This document shows, one piece after another, positions 34,521 to 43,919 of a stretch of 64,000 nt of DNA; within the stretch, counting starts at the first letter, position 1, and each line of letters opens with the position of its first letter. The position numbers were made by a program, and so were the translations under genes. The notes below the pieces were generated by a model that saw nothing but the letters and a program-made list of their open reading frames with translations, searched no databases and was not told where the DNA came from. The DNA is from an uncultured Actinomycetes bacterium (GTDB taxonomy: Bacteria > Actinomycetota > Thermoleophilia > UBA2241): positions 71,171 through 135,170 of the forward strand of contig CAWAPD010000003.1 in NCBI GenBank assembly GCA_963783865.1. Direction: 5' to 3'.

Positions 34521-36959
34521 CTACCTTGCGATCAGCGTGTCGACGTAGACGGTGCGGGAGCCGGCCGGCGAGGGCTGCAGGGTCACCGACGCGATGCGTC
34601 TGAGCGCCAGCCCCCCGCGGTCGAGCCGGATGCTCAGGTGCGTCCAGGCGCCCGGCCGCAACAGGAACCGCAGCCGCGACACGTGGCCGGCCTTGTCAGA
34701 GACGCCGCCGTACAGGAACCAAGGGTGGACGTGGTCGGCCGTCGTCTCGGGGTCGTACACGTCGAGCTGGACCGAGGTGCGGCCGCGCAGGTCGCGGGTG
34801 CCGGCGCGGGGCTTCCAGACCGCCGCCGCCGCCCCGCGGAAGCTGAGCCGCACGCTGTGGTCGCCGAGGGTCGAGCGCGCGGCGGTGCGGGCGGCCGTAC
34901 CGCCGGGCAGCGTGAAGCCGGCCCGCTCCTCGAAGCCGTCGAGCAGGGCCGCCGGCGATCGCTTCAGCGCGACCGCGACCGTGCCGTCGCCGCTGCCGTC
35001 GATCGCGGTCCCCGTGTAGGCCGGGTGTCTGACCGTCAGTCGCCAGTCGGGCAGCGCTCCCTGCAGCGTGAAGGCGCCGGCCGCGTCGGTCGTGGCCGAG
35101 ACGACGCCGTCGCTCACCGTCGCGCAGCGCACCGGCGCGCCGCCGGCGGCGTCGCGGACCGTGCCGGTGATCGTCGTCGGGTACTCGCCCCGGCGGGCGC
35201 GCTCGATGTAGTCGGCCAGGTGCAGGCGGGCGGCGTCGTAGAAGGCCGGCGACCGGCTCCAGACCGGCATGTCGAGATAGCCCATCGGGTAGGCGCCGTA
35301 GCGGAAGTCCGAGGCGGCGGCGGCGACGCGCTTCGCGCACGCCGCCGCCGCCGCGGCGGCCGGCGAATCGGTGCGCATCCGCGAGGCGAGGTGCAGGTAC
35401 TCGTAGTCCTGGATGCCGTCGCGCAGCGACTCCATGCGCAGCGACGAGACCGGCGGCGCCCACGGGTCGTCCAGCCCCAGCGCGGGCTCGTAGCCGGGGT
35501 AGATCAGGCTCGCCTCCCCGTTGGCCACGTAGCCGTTCGTCCACGCATACGAAGCCGGGTTGAAATACGGGTCCCGGTAGCCGGCGCCGGTGAGCGGGTC
35601 GCCCCAGCGCGTCGTGCCCCAGTAGAGCAGGCCGCTGGCGTCCCAGCGCCAGGTCATCCACGGCATGGCGCGCTCTTCGGTCAGGGGCTCGTCGATCAGG
35701 TAGGTCGGGTACCGCTGCGGGTTCAACGTGGCGTACGTGTACCACCACACCGCGGCGCCGCCCTTGTGCAGGAGCGCCAGCCGGTCGGCGGCGGTGAAGT
35801 AGCGGTAGACGCTCGGGCACCAGATGTCGACGTCGTCGAACAGGAAGGAGTTGGCGGCGCGCCCGTCGGTCCTGGTGGTGCGCGGCCAGTCGGTCACGAG
35901 CAGCCGGGCGCGGAAGCCGAGCGCGTCAGCGGCGTCGTGCGCGATGCGCGCGACCGCCTCGGTCTCGCGCTCGGCCGACGCGCCCGGCTCGTCGTAGATC
36001 TGCAGCCGCGCCTCGTCGTCCCAGCGCTGCGCCCGGTACAGCGTGAACAGCTGCGTCAGATAGGTCCGCAGCCGGTCGGGGCTGGTGTCGGGGGCGAGCG
36101 GGTTCCAGGGCCAGTGGTCCTGCAGGGGGTAGACGGTGTCGCCGAACAGGCCGGGGTCGCCGCCGGCGCCAAGGTAGGGGGTCAGCGCCGGGACGAGGCC
36201 GGTGGCGTCCAGGTCGCCCGTCTGCTTCTCGACCGTCGGCATCGGCTTGAGCACGGTCGGAGCGATGCCGTGGTCGGCGAAGAAGCGGTAGTAGCCGTCG
36301 AGCAGCGTGGCCTGGTTGTCGGGCGTGTTGGGGACCGCCGCCGCCACGCTGCGCATGATCATGGCGGCGCTCAGCGGGAACGAGGTGTGCAGGCTGAGAC
36401 GCGACCAGCCGAAGTCGAACACGCGCAGCGAGACCGGCACCGTGGTCGTGGTCATGCCGTCGGCGACGTCGAGGGCGCCGGTGTAGGTGCCGGCCGGCGT
36501 GCCCGGCGGCACGTGGACCCGCACGTAGAACGTGTTCACGCCGGCCGGCAGGGCCACCGGCGCCCCGAACGTCGCCGGCAGCAGCGCGTCGGGATAGCGG
36601 CCGGCTTTGGCGCCGGCGCCGGCCGACGGCTGCGTCACGTCGACGTACCACTCGCGGAAGAGCTCGGCGTTCGCGCTCAGCAGCGGGTCGGTCGCCGGCG
36701 TCCAGGCGAGCGTCCACGAAGCCGGCGCCGAGCCGTCGACCACGACCTGGGCGGCCTGGTACTCGTTGCGCGCGGCGGCGAGCGTGATCGCGGTCGCGGT
36801 GGGTGCGGGAGTGGCGGCGGGCAGGACCTTCACACACGAGGGCGCCGTCCAGACGGCGGCGCCGGCGGGGGGCGCCGCGGCGAGCGCGGCGGCGAGCGTC
36901 AACGCCAGCGCCGCCGCGCCGAGACAGAGTGCGATGATGGCTGTGCCCGCTCGCTCCAC
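34521..36959 (-). CDS. Large secreted glycoside-hydrolase-like protein (DUF4091-like domain plus C-terminal beta-sandwich domains)
   Basis: Signal peptide. Central region (IYDEPGASAE...WCPSVYRY...WWYTYATLNPQRYPTYLIDEP...GLLYWGTTRW) resembles DUF4091. C-terminal carboxypeptidase-regulatory-like region. Confidence 0.4.
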   Translation of the reverse strand: MERAGTAIIALCLGAAALALTLAAALAAAPPAGAAVWTAPSCVKVLPAATPAPTATAITLAAARNEYQAAQVVVDGSAPASWTLAWTPATDPLLSANAELFREWYVDVTQPSAGAGAKAGRYPDALLPATFGAPVALPAGVNTFYVRVHVPPGTPAGTYTGALDVADGMTTTTVPVSLRVFDFGWSRLSLHTSFPLSAAMIMRSVAAAVPNTPDNQATLLDGYYRFFADHGIAPTVLKPMPTVEKQTGDLDATGLVPALTPYLGAGGDPGLFGDTVYPLQDHWPWNPLAPDTSPDRLRTYLTQLFTLYRAQRWDDEARLQIYDEPGASAERETEAVARIAHDAADALGFRARLLVTDWPRTTRTDGRAANSFLFDDVDIWCPSVYRYFTAADRLALLHKGGAAVWWYTYATLNPQRYPTYLIDEPLTEERAMPWMTWRWDASGLLYWGTTRWGDPLTGAGYRDPYFNPASYAWTNGYVANGEASLIYPGYEPALGLDDPWAPPVSSLRMESLRDGIQDYEYLHLASRMRTDSPAAAAAAACAKRVAAAASDFRYGAYPMGYLDMPVWSRSPAFYDAARLHLADYIERARRGEYPTTITGTVRDAAGGAPVRCATVSDGVVSATTDAAGAFTLQGALPDWRLTVRHPAYTGTAIDGSGDGTVAVALKRSPAALLDGFEERAGFTLPGGTAARTAARSTLGDHSVRLSFRGAAAAVWKPRAGTRDLRGRTSVQLDVYDPETTADHVHPWFLYGGVSDKAGHVSRLRFLLRPGAWTHLSIRLDRGGLALRRIASVTLQPSPAGSRTVYVDTLIAR

Positions 36960-37048
36960 GTCGCTCCCGTCATCGACGCCGTCTGCGGGAACTGTAGCCC
37001 GATGTGGGCCGGGACGCGACCGGCCGGTGGCGGCGCGAAGCCGCGAAC

Positions 37049-37091
37049 GGCGAAGGGGCGGGGGCGGCGCAGCCGCCCCCGCCCCTTCGCC
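37049..37091 (-). terminator. Intrinsic terminator 3' of glnA
   Basis: GGCGAAGGGGCGGGGGCGGC gcag CCGCCCCCGCCCCTTCGCC perfect hairpin. Confidence 0.65.
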
Positions 37092-37100
37092 ACGCTCTGC

Positions 37101-38426
37101 TCAGACGACCGAGTAGTACTTGTCGATCTCCCAGCGCGTGACCTGCTCGCGGTACTCGTACCACTCCTTCAGCTTGTTGGTGATGAAGCGGTCGAACACA
37201 TGGTCGCCGAGCGTGCGGCGCACCAGCTCGCTGTCCTGCGTCTCGCGGATCGCCTCGTAGAGGTTGTTCGGCAGCGCGCCCAGGCCCACGGCCTCGCGCT
37301 CGTCGGCCGTCATCTTGTAGATGTTGGGCTCGACCGAGGGCGGCAGCTCGTAGTCGTTCTCGATCCCATCGAGCCCGGCCGCGAGCATCACCGCGAACGC
37401 CAGGTACGGATTGGCCGCCGGGTCGGGGTTGCGCAGCTCGGCGCGCACGGTGCTCTCCTTGCCCTGGACGTAGAGCGGCACCCGGATCAGCGCCGTGCGG
37501 TTACGGTGCGCCCAGCTGATGTACACCGGCGCCTCGTAGCCGGGCACCAGGCGCTTGAAGCTGTTCACGTACTGGTTGAGCAGCGGGCAGATCTCGCGCA
37601 TGTGCTTCAGCTGACCGGCGATGAACCCCTTGGCGATGTCGCTGAGGTGGTCGGGGTCGGTCTCCGAGAAGAAAGCGTTGTCGTCGCCCTTGAAGAGCGA
37701 CTGATGCACGTGCATGCCGCTGCCGTTCTCGCCGTGCAGCGGCTTGGGCATGAAGGTCGCGTGCACGCCGTTGTGGGCGGCGACCTCCTTGACGATCAGG
37801 CGCGCGATCATGACCCGGTCGGCCATGACCAGCGCCTCGTCGTAATGAGGGTCGATCTCGTGCTGCGACGGGGCGACCTCGTGGTGCGACGCCTCCATCG
37901 GGATGTCGAGACGGTCGAGGGTGCGCATCGTCTGCTTGCGCAGGTCGTTCCCCAGGTCGGCCGGCAGCACGTCGAAGTAGCCGCCCTCGTCGATCACCTC
38001 GGGGGTGTCGCCGTCCTTGAAGTAGAAGTACTCGAGCTCGGGCCCGACGTAGAAGTCGAGCCCCATGCGCTTGGCCCGCTCGAGCTGGCGGCGCAGCACC
38101 CAGCGGGGGTCGCCCTCGAACGGCTTGTAGTCGCGGCCGAGCACATCGCAGAACACGAACGCCGTCTTCTCGTGGTTCTGCGACCAGGGGAGCAGCTTGA
38201 ACGTGCTCCAGTCGGGCATCGCCACGATGTCCGACTCCTCGATCTCGGCGTAGCCGCTGATCGAGGAACCGTCGAAGGCGGCGCCGGACTCGAGCACGCT
38301 GTCGAGCTGGCGGTCGGGGATCTCGACCATCTTCAGATTGCCGAGGATGTCGGTGAACCAGAGCTGGATGTGCTTCACATTCTGCTCGGTCACCTGCGCG
38401 CGGATGCTGGAGGCCTCGGGTGTCAT
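37101..38426 (-). CDS. glnA: Glutamine synthetase (type I family)
   Basis: GS beta-grasp and catalytic domains (HIQLWFTDILG, GSSI.G, MHVHQSLF). Start chosen at MTPEAS, which has a GAAAGGA RBS 8 nt upstream. The ORF track extends to 38474. Confidence 0.85.
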   Translation of the reverse strand: MTPEASSIRAQVTEQNVKHIQLWFTDILGNLKMVEIPDRQLDSVLESGAAFDGSSISGYAEIEESDIVAMPDWSTFKLLPWSQNHEKTAFVFCDVLGRDYKPFEGDPRWVLRRQLERAKRMGLDFYVGPELEYFYFKDGDTPEVIDEGGYFDVLPADLGNDLRKQTMRTLDRLDIPMEASHHEVAPSQHEIDPHYDEALVMADRVMIARLIVKEVAAHNGVHATFMPKPLHGENGSGMHVHQSLFKGDDNAFFSETDPDHLSDIAKGFIAGQLKHMREICPLLNQYVNSFKRLVPGYEAPVYISWAHRNRTALIRVPLYVQGKESTVRAELRNPDPAANPYLAFAVMLAAGLDGIENDYELPPSVEPNIYKMTADEREAVGLGALPNNLYEAIRETQDSELVRRTLGDHVFDRFITNKLKEWYEYREQVTRWEIDKYYSVV

Positions 38427-38681
38427 ACTGATCATCCTTTCGTGGCCTGGACAGTGACCGGTCATATGTATCATGCCGCGGCCCGAGGGACAACGCGGCG
38501 GGGTGCGGTCGGCGGCAGAGACGGGGGTCGAGCGTGGCGGCGCGGCGGCGGCGGCCCGGGGCCTAGGCTCGGATCGAGCCTAGAAATTCATTGCTTGCGC
38601 TCGGTCCGAAGACTATACTAGCGCGCGAAAGCGAGGGGCAGTTGCCGGCGGCATCCGCCGCCGGCCGAAAGGAGGGCGTGC

Positions 38682-38831
38682 ATGGCGACCGAGGCGTATT
38701 GCGTCAAGTGCCGTACGAAGCGCACCATGAAGGACGAGAAGAAAGTCACCATGAAGAACGGCAAGCCCGCCACGCAGGGCATCTGCCCGACGTGCGGCAC
38801 GAAGATGTTCAAGATCGGAGCCGGCAAGTAA
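38682..38831 (+). CDS. DUF5679-like small zinc-ribbon protein (49 aa; missing from the ORF track)
   Basis: MATEAYCVKCRTKRTMKDEKKVTMKNGKPATQGICPTCGTKMFKIGAGK, with a CxxC...CxxC ribbon. Strong RBS AAAGGAGGG. Flanked by a leader hairpin and two terminators. Confidence 0.7.
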   Translation: MATEAYCVKCRTKRTMKDEKKVTMKNGKPATQGICPTCGTKMFKIGAGK

Positions 38832-38854
38832 GCTTCCCCCCAAGCGAAGCTTCT

Positions 38855-38935
38855 GAGGGGCGGGCGGCCGAATGGCCGCCCGCCCCTTCTGTGCAGAGAG
38901 GGCGGGGGCCGGCCTGACGGGCCGGCCCCCGCCCT
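38855..38935. terminator. Pair of back-to-back intrinsic terminators (38855-38888 and 38895-38935)
   Basis: GAGGGGCGGGCGGCC gaat GGCCGCCCGCCCCTT and AGAGGGCGGGGGCCGGCC tgacg GGCCGGCCCCCGCCCTCT. They separate the convergent zinc-ribbon gene and the histidine kinase. Confidence 0.65.
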
Positions 38936-39053
38936 CTCCTCGTCCGGGGCCGCTGCGCCCCGGTCGTATGTCACCGGCGTCGGGGCACCAAGGCGTGACC
39001 GTGCGACTGCTGCCTACCGATCGATCAGGCGGCTCGCGGGAGCTGTCTCACCC

Positions 39054-40424
39054 TCAAGGAGAGGGTGAGACAGCCGCCAGGCGAACGGTCACCATCAATC
39101 CGCCACCGGCTGCGTCGCCGAGGGCCAGCGAGCCGCCGGACGCCTCGGCGAGCGCTCGCGCGATGGGCAGGCCGAGGCCGGTGCCGGGGCGCGACGCGTC
39201 GAGCCGCCAGAAACGGTCCAGGGCACGAGCCTTGAGGTCGCCGTCAAGACCCGGCCCCTGGTCGGTGACGACCAAGGAGTGCTCGTGGTGTCCGGGCGTA
39301 ACGCTCACCGTGACGGTGCTCCCGCGCGGCGACGCGTCGATGGCGTTGTCGATCAGGTTGTCGAGCATCTGCTCGACCCCGTTGGGGACGGCGGCGGCGA
39401 ACACAGGGCCGTCCGGCGCCGCAAGCGTCAGCGCGACTCTGGCCGTCCCGGCCACGGCCGACCAGGTGTCGACGCGGTCGCGCGCGACCTGCACGAGCTC
39501 GAAGGGTTCGGGCGCCGCGGTCTCTTCGGCGCGGGCGAGCTTGAGCAGGCCGCCGACCAGCTCGCTCAACCTTCCGGTCTCGTCCATCGCGGCCGCGAGG
39601 TCGTCGGACCTCGCCGCCGCGTCCTCGTCGCCCTGCAGGTTCTCGAGTCGCAGGCGCAGCGCCGTGAGCGGCGTGCGCAGCTGGTGCGAGGCGTCGGCCA
39701 CGAACGCGCGCTGCTCGGCGAGCAGCTGCTGCAGCCGGTGCGCCATGGTGTTGAGCGTGGCGCCGAGCGCGGCGATCTCGGCCGGCGCGCCGGTGTCGGG
39801 TTCGACGGCGGCGAGGTCGCCGGTGGCGAACCGTGCCGCCGTCGCCTCCAGCCGCCGCAGGGGTCGCGTCACCGAGCGGGCCACCGCCCAGCCGATGCCG
39901 GCCATCGCCACCAGCACGATCGCCGCCACGGCGGCGAGACCCAGCCAGAAGCGGTGCACGGCGGCCGTGACCTCGGCCGTGTCGAGCGTCACGCGTACGG
40001 CGCCCAGCACTTTGCCTCCCGACGCCACCGGAACGGCGACGTACAGGAGGTCGGCGTTCAGCGTGTCGGAGTGCCTGATCCCGGTCACACGGTCTCCCGC
40101 GAGCGCGCGTTTGACTTCGGGTCGGGTGGAGAAGTCGCGGCCGGTCGTGTCGCCCGTGTCGACCACCGAGGTACCGGTGGCGTCGGCCACCACCACGCGC
40201 GAATCGGTGCGCTGCGCGTACTTCGCGGCCACGGACGGGTCGGGCGCCGTGTGCTGCTCGAGCGCGTCCTCGTAGATGCTCGCCAGCGCGTTGGCGTCGC
40301 GCTCGACCCCGACGGTCAGCCGCGCGGTCTCGCGCTGCTGGTAGAAGCGGCCCAGCGGCACCTCGAGGACCAGAAGCACGATCGCGGTGATCGTGAGGTA
40401 GCCGAGCAGCAGGCGGCGGGTCAC
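39054..40424 (-). CDS. Sensor histidine kinase (HAMP-HisKA-HATPase)
   Basis: GTG start overlaps the response-regulator stop (GTGA). Two TM helices, H-box ADASHQLRTPLTAL, and an ATP-binding G-box. Confidence 0.85.
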   Translation of the reverse strand: MTRRLLLGYLTITAIVLLVLEVPLGRFYQQRETARLTVGVERDANALASIYEDALEQHTAPDPSVAAKYAQRTDSRVVVADATGTSVVDTGDTTGRDFSTRPEVKRALAGDRVTGIRHSDTLNADLLYVAVPVASGGKVLGAVRVTLDTAEVTAAVHRFWLGLAAVAAIVLVAMAGIGWAVARSVTRPLRRLEATAARFATGDLAAVEPDTGAPAEIAALGATLNTMAHRLQQLLAEQRAFVADASHQLRTPLTALRLRLENLQGDEDAAARSDDLAAAMDETGRLSELVGGLLKLARAEETAAPEPFELVQVARDRVDTWSAVAGTARVALTLAAPDGPVFAAAVPNGVEQMLDNLIDNAIDASPRGSTVTVSVTPGHHEHSLVVTDQGPGLDGDLKARALDRFWRLDASRPGTGLGLPIARALAEASGGSLALGDAAGGGLMVTVRLAAVSPSP

Positions 40425-41095
40425 AGGCGGGCGGCGTCGGCGACGAGGCGGAAGCCGACGCCGCGCACCGTCTCGATGGCCTCGGGCGCCAGCTTGCGGC
40501 GCAACGAGGCGACGTGGACGTCGAGGGTCTTGGTGGAGCCCCACCAGTTCTCGTCCCAGACGTCCTCCATGATCTTCTCGCGGGTGACGACGGCTTCGGG
40601 GTCGCGCGCGAGATACACGAGCAGGTCGTATTCCCTGGGCGTCAGCGTGACGCCGCCGCCGCCCCACGTCACAGCCCGCGTGCGGGTGTCGATCTGCAGC
40701 CGGCCCAGGTCGAAGCGGACGACCTCGGGAGTCTCGGCGCGCTCGCCGCCCGTGCGTCGCAGGACGGCGCGGATACGCGCCACGAGCTCGCGGAACCCGA
40801 AGGGCTTGACCACGTAGTCGTCGGCGCCGGCCTCGAGCAGCGTGACGCGGTCGATCTCCTCGGCCCGGGCGGTGAGGACGATGATCGGCACGCCGGACCG
40901 CGCGTGGAGCTCGCGGCAGACGGCGCTGCCGTCGAGGTCCGGCAGGCCGAGGTCGAGCAGGACGAGGTCGACCTCGCCGGCCGCCAGCGCCTCCGCGCCG
41001 GTGGCCGCCAGCTCGACCTCGAACCCCTCGCGCCGCAGGCCGGTCAGCAGCGGCTGGGCGATGCCTGGATCATCTTCGACGACGAGCAGTCGCAC
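40421..41095 (-). CDS. OmpR-family response regulator
   Basis: VRLLVVEDDP receiver domain (D..D, LDLGLPDLDG, T, K) plus a winged-helix C-terminus. GTG start preferred over the longer ORF-track start. Confidence 0.85.
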   Translation of the reverse strand: MRLLVVEDDPGIAQPLLTGLRREGFEVELAATGAEALAAGEVDLVLLDLGLPDLDGSAVCRELHARSGVPIIVLTARAEEIDRVTLLEAGADDYVVKPFGFRELVARIRAVLRRTGGERAETPEVVRFDLGRLQIDTRTRAVTWGGGGVTLTPREYDLLVYLARDPEAVVTREKIMEDVWDENWWGSTKTLDVHVASLRRKLAPEAIETVRGVGFRLVADAARL

Positions 41096-41259
41096 CTCGC
41101 TCGCTCCTCTCGCGGGTCGCGGTCCGCGGCCGTGGCCGTCGGCCGGGGCTTCGGGGTCGGCCTTTGCCAAATGTTAACCCGGGACTGGGCCGCCGTTGGC
41201 ACACAGGAAGGTACCGTACTCCCGGCACACGTGCGTCCGCCACATGAGAGGAGCCACCC

Positions 41260-41832
41260 ATGCGACACCGCACCGCCCTGATAACCGCCGGCCTGATCGC
41301 TGCCGTGATCCTGGCCGGAGCGGTCGCCATGGGCGCCAACATCGGCATCCTGAACGCCGCCGACTCGCGGCCCGTCGGGACGCTGTCGGCGGTCGCCCAC
41401 CTGCAGACCGGCCAGTCGAAGGCGGTCCGCGTCTACGCGACCGGGGCGCCGACGCCGGCGCAGCCTCAGAAGTACGTCATCAGGAAGGCCGGCAGCGTCA
41501 GCGTGACCGCCGGCAAGGCCGGTCTGCGGCTCGCCGACGTCGCGTCGAAGCGCGGCTGGACGTGGAGCCTGACGCAGACGTCGGACAAGAGGCTCACGAT
41601 CACCTTCAAGCATGGAGGGACGACCTACACGTTCGTCGCTCGGGTCGGCCGCCACGGGGCGATCCTCGCCCGGGTCGACCATCCCGTGACGCGCGTGACG
41701 CCGTCATCGTCGTCGGCCGTGGCATACTCGGCGCCGCCGGCGGCCGCCCCGGCTGTCGCACCGCCGGCGGCGCCCAGCCAGGGCGGCGAACCCGGCGACG
41801 GCGGCGACGGTGAAGGAGGAGCAGATGACTGA
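41260..41832 (+). CDS. Hypothetical exported/membrane-anchored protein
   Basis: N-terminal TM/signal (LITAGLIAAVILAGAVA), Ala/Pro-rich C-terminus. RBS GAGAGGAG. Confidence 0.4.
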   Translation: MRHRTALITAGLIAAVILAGAVAMGANIGILNAADSRPVGTLSAVAHLQTGQSKAVRVYATGAPTPAQPQKYVIRKAGSVSVTAGKAGLRLADVASKRGWTWSLTQTSDKRLTITFKHGGTTYTFVARVGRHGAILARVDHPVTRVTPSSSSAVAYSAPPAAAPAVAPPAAPSQGGEPGDGGDGEGGADD

Positions 41833-42208
41833 CGCACCCGCCCGCAAGGTCCGTCATCCCGCCCAGCGCACCCGCATCGCGGCGCTGGGCGTGGGGGCGG
41901 CCGTCATGGCCGGGCTCGTGAGCCAGATGGAGGTGGAGGGCGCGGCCAAGACGGCCGCCCCCGCGCCGCCGGCCCCGGGCCATAGCTCGAGCGCCGTGAA
42001 GAAGGCGGCGGCGAGGCACGCAGCCGCCCTCGCCGCCGCGCGCTCGAAGCCGATCGTGCTGACGCCGCACGCCGTCGTCCACACGGTGTCGGCGCCGTCG
42101 TCGGGCGGAGGCTACGTGTCGTCGGGTAGCTCCGGCTACGCGGCCGCGCCGGCCCCCGCCGCCGCCCCGGCTGCTCCGGTGGCGGCCACGAGCGCGAGCG
42201 CCCCCTGA
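41825..42208 (+). CDS. Hypothetical membrane-anchored low-complexity (Ala/Pro/Ser-rich) protein
   Basis: Start at MTDAPARK with RBS GAAGGAGGAG. One TM helix (IAALGVGAAVMAGLV). Overlaps the previous gene. Confidence 0.35.
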   Translation: MTDAPARKVRHPAQRTRIAALGVGAAVMAGLVSQMEVEGAAKTAAPAPPAPGHSSSAVKKAAARHAAALAAARSKPIVLTPHAVVHTVSAPSSGGGYVSSGSSGYAAAPAPAAAPAAPVAATSASAP

Positions 42209-42212
42209 TCCT

Positions 42213-43181
42213 GTGGTCGAGGTCGAGCCGACAGGCGTGAGCGTCGCGTCCTTCCGCGTGATGGCGAGCGCGACGCAGGTGATCCTGGTCGACGCGCCGC
42301 CGGGCGCCGAGGCGTATGCCCGGTGGCGGCTGGAGCAGCTCGAAGGTCGTTGGAGCCGGTTCCTGCCCGACAGCGAGCTGTCGCGCCTGAACGAGGCGCC
42401 GGGGGCGCTGCTGCGGGTGTCGGACGACACCGTGGCGCTGCTCACGGCCATGCGCGAGGCGCACGGCGTGACCGGCGGCCGTTTCGACCCCACGATGCTT
42501 GACGCGATCGTCGAGGTCGGCTACACGCTGAGCGTCGACGGGTCGGGCCGTCGCTCGCTCCCGCGCGCGGCGCGGCGGTCACGCGCACGTACGCGACAAT
42601 TCGGCAGGACCGTGCTGGACGTCGAGGTCGACCACGACCTCTCGGCGGTCGTCATGCCGGCCGGCCTGGGCCTTGACCCGGGCGGGATCGGCAAGGGCCT
42701 GGCCGCCGACATCGTGGTGATCGAGCTGCTCGCCGGCGGGACTGCCGGCGCGCTGGTGTGCGTGGGCGGCGACCTGGCGGCCGCCGCCACGCCCCCGGCG
42801 GCCGGCGGGTGGCCCGTCGTCGTCACCGACCCGTTCGACGCCGCCCGCTCGATCGCGAGCTTCGCGATCGAGGCCGGCGGCGTCGCCACCTCCAGCACGC
42901 GCTCGCGCGCCTGGACGACGCGCGGCGTGCGCCGTCACCACGCCCTCGATCCCGACACCCTGACGAGCTCCGAGACCGACCTGGCCACGGCGACGGTCGT
43001 CGCCCGGGCAGGCTGGGAGGCCGAAGCGCACGCCACTGCCGCCCTGCTCTGCGGCTCTGGCCGCGTCCTCGACTACCTCGCCCGACACGGCCTCGACGGT
43101 CTCGCCGTGAGTCTCGACGGCGCCGTCCTGGCCACTCCCGCCCTGCAAGACGCCGTCATCCCCGAAAGGAGCGTGGCGTGA
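42213..43181 (+). CDS. FAD:protein FMN transferase (ApbE family)
   Basis: ApbE motifs: DPGGIGKG and a C-terminal Mg/FAD-binding region. Confidence 0.75.
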   Translation: MVEVEPTGVSVASFRVMASATQVILVDAPPGAEAYARWRLEQLEGRWSRFLPDSELSRLNEAPGALLRVSDDTVALLTAMREAHGVTGGRFDPTMLDAIVEVGYTLSVDGSGRRSLPRAARRSRARTRQFGRTVLDVEVDHDLSAVVMPAGLGLDPGGIGKGLAADIVVIELLAGGTAGALVCVGGDLAAAATPPAAGGWPVVVTDPFDAARSIASFAIEAGGVATSSTRSRAWTTRGVRRHHALDPDTLTSSETDLATATVVARAGWEAEAHATAALLCGSGRVLDYLARHGLDGLAVSLDGAVLATPALQDAVIPERSVA

Positions 43182-43762
43182 GCCCAGAGACCCTCTGGTA
43201 CATCAGCCGGGCCGCGGGCATCGTCGCCTGGCTCACGCTGACGAGCTTGGTGCTGTTCGGCATCGTGCTCTCCACCGACCTTTTCCCGAAGTGGCGTCGC
43301 AGCGCGTGGCTGCTCGACGTGCACCGCTGGCTGGCCGGCCTGACGCTCTTCTTCTTCGCCGGCCACATCGGCACCCTGCTCGCCGACCCGCACGCCCACA
43401 TCGGCCTGCGGCAGGCGACCGTCCCCTTCGCCAGCTCCTGGCGGCCGACGGCCGTCGCCGCCGGCGTGATCTCCGCCTGGCTGCTGCTCGCCGTCGAGGG
43501 CACGGCGCTGGCCAACCGACGCCTGCCGAGGTGGCTGTGGCGCGACCTCCACATCGTCGGCTACTGGGTCTTCTGGGCGGCCTGCGTCCACGGCGCCTTC
43601 GCCGGCACCGACGCGACGCGACGCGTGTACATGGTCACCGCGATGGTCGGGATCGCGGCCGTCGTCTTCGCGGCCTCGTACCGGATCCTCGCGCGTGACC
43701 TGCCCAAGCGCCGGACCGCCCGCGGGCGCCAGCCGCGGCAGGCAGACGAGGCCCACGGCTGA
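43178..43762 (+). CDS. Ferric-reductase-like transmembrane domain protein (MsrQ/FRD-like di-haem membrane protein)
   Basis: GTG overlaps the ApbE stop. RBS AAAGGAG. Six TM helices with paired His residues (HRW...HIGTLL / HIVGYWVF..H). Confidence 0.6.
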   Translation: MSPETLWYISRAAGIVAWLTLTSLVLFGIVLSTDLFPKWRRSAWLLDVHRWLAGLTLFFFAGHIGTLLADPHAHIGLRQATVPFASSWRPTAVAAGVISAWLLLAVEGTALANRRLPRWLWRDLHIVGYWVFWAACVHGAFAGTDATRRVYMVTAMVGIAAVVFAASYRILARDLPKRRTARGRQPRQADEAHG

Positions 43763-43775
43763 CGGACCGGGCGGG

Positions 43776-43799
43776 GGCCGGCCGTCCGGCCGGCCCCCC
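43776..43799 (+). terminator. Intrinsic terminator after the ApbE-FRD operon
   Basis: GGGGGCCGGCC gtcc GGCCGGCCCCC. Confidence 0.6.
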
Positions 43800-43834
43800 T
43801 GCCTCGTGCTAGTATCGCCGCCGCTTGCTCTCGT

Positions 43835-43865
43835 AGCTCAGCGGAGAGAGCACAGACAACCTCGT
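43835..43865 (+). repeat. Partial copy of the tRNA-Arg 5' half (acceptor 5' strand plus D-arm); putative att-type direct repeat
   Basis: TTGCTCTCGTAGCTCAGCGGAGAGAGCACAG compared with TTGCCCTCGTAGCTCAGTGGATAGAGCACAG at 56818-56848 gives 28/31 identity. It does not continue into an anticodon or T-arm. Confidence 0.55.
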
Positions 43866-43919
43866 CTCGCTCGCCAACCGTCGCTGCTGACCCGTGCTGG
43901 TGTGGCTGAGTCCGTTCGC

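Noticed and set aside
34191-38621. 1476-aa plus-strand ORF
   Set aside because: Antisense across nadE, the DUF4091-like gene and glnA. Compositionally biased.
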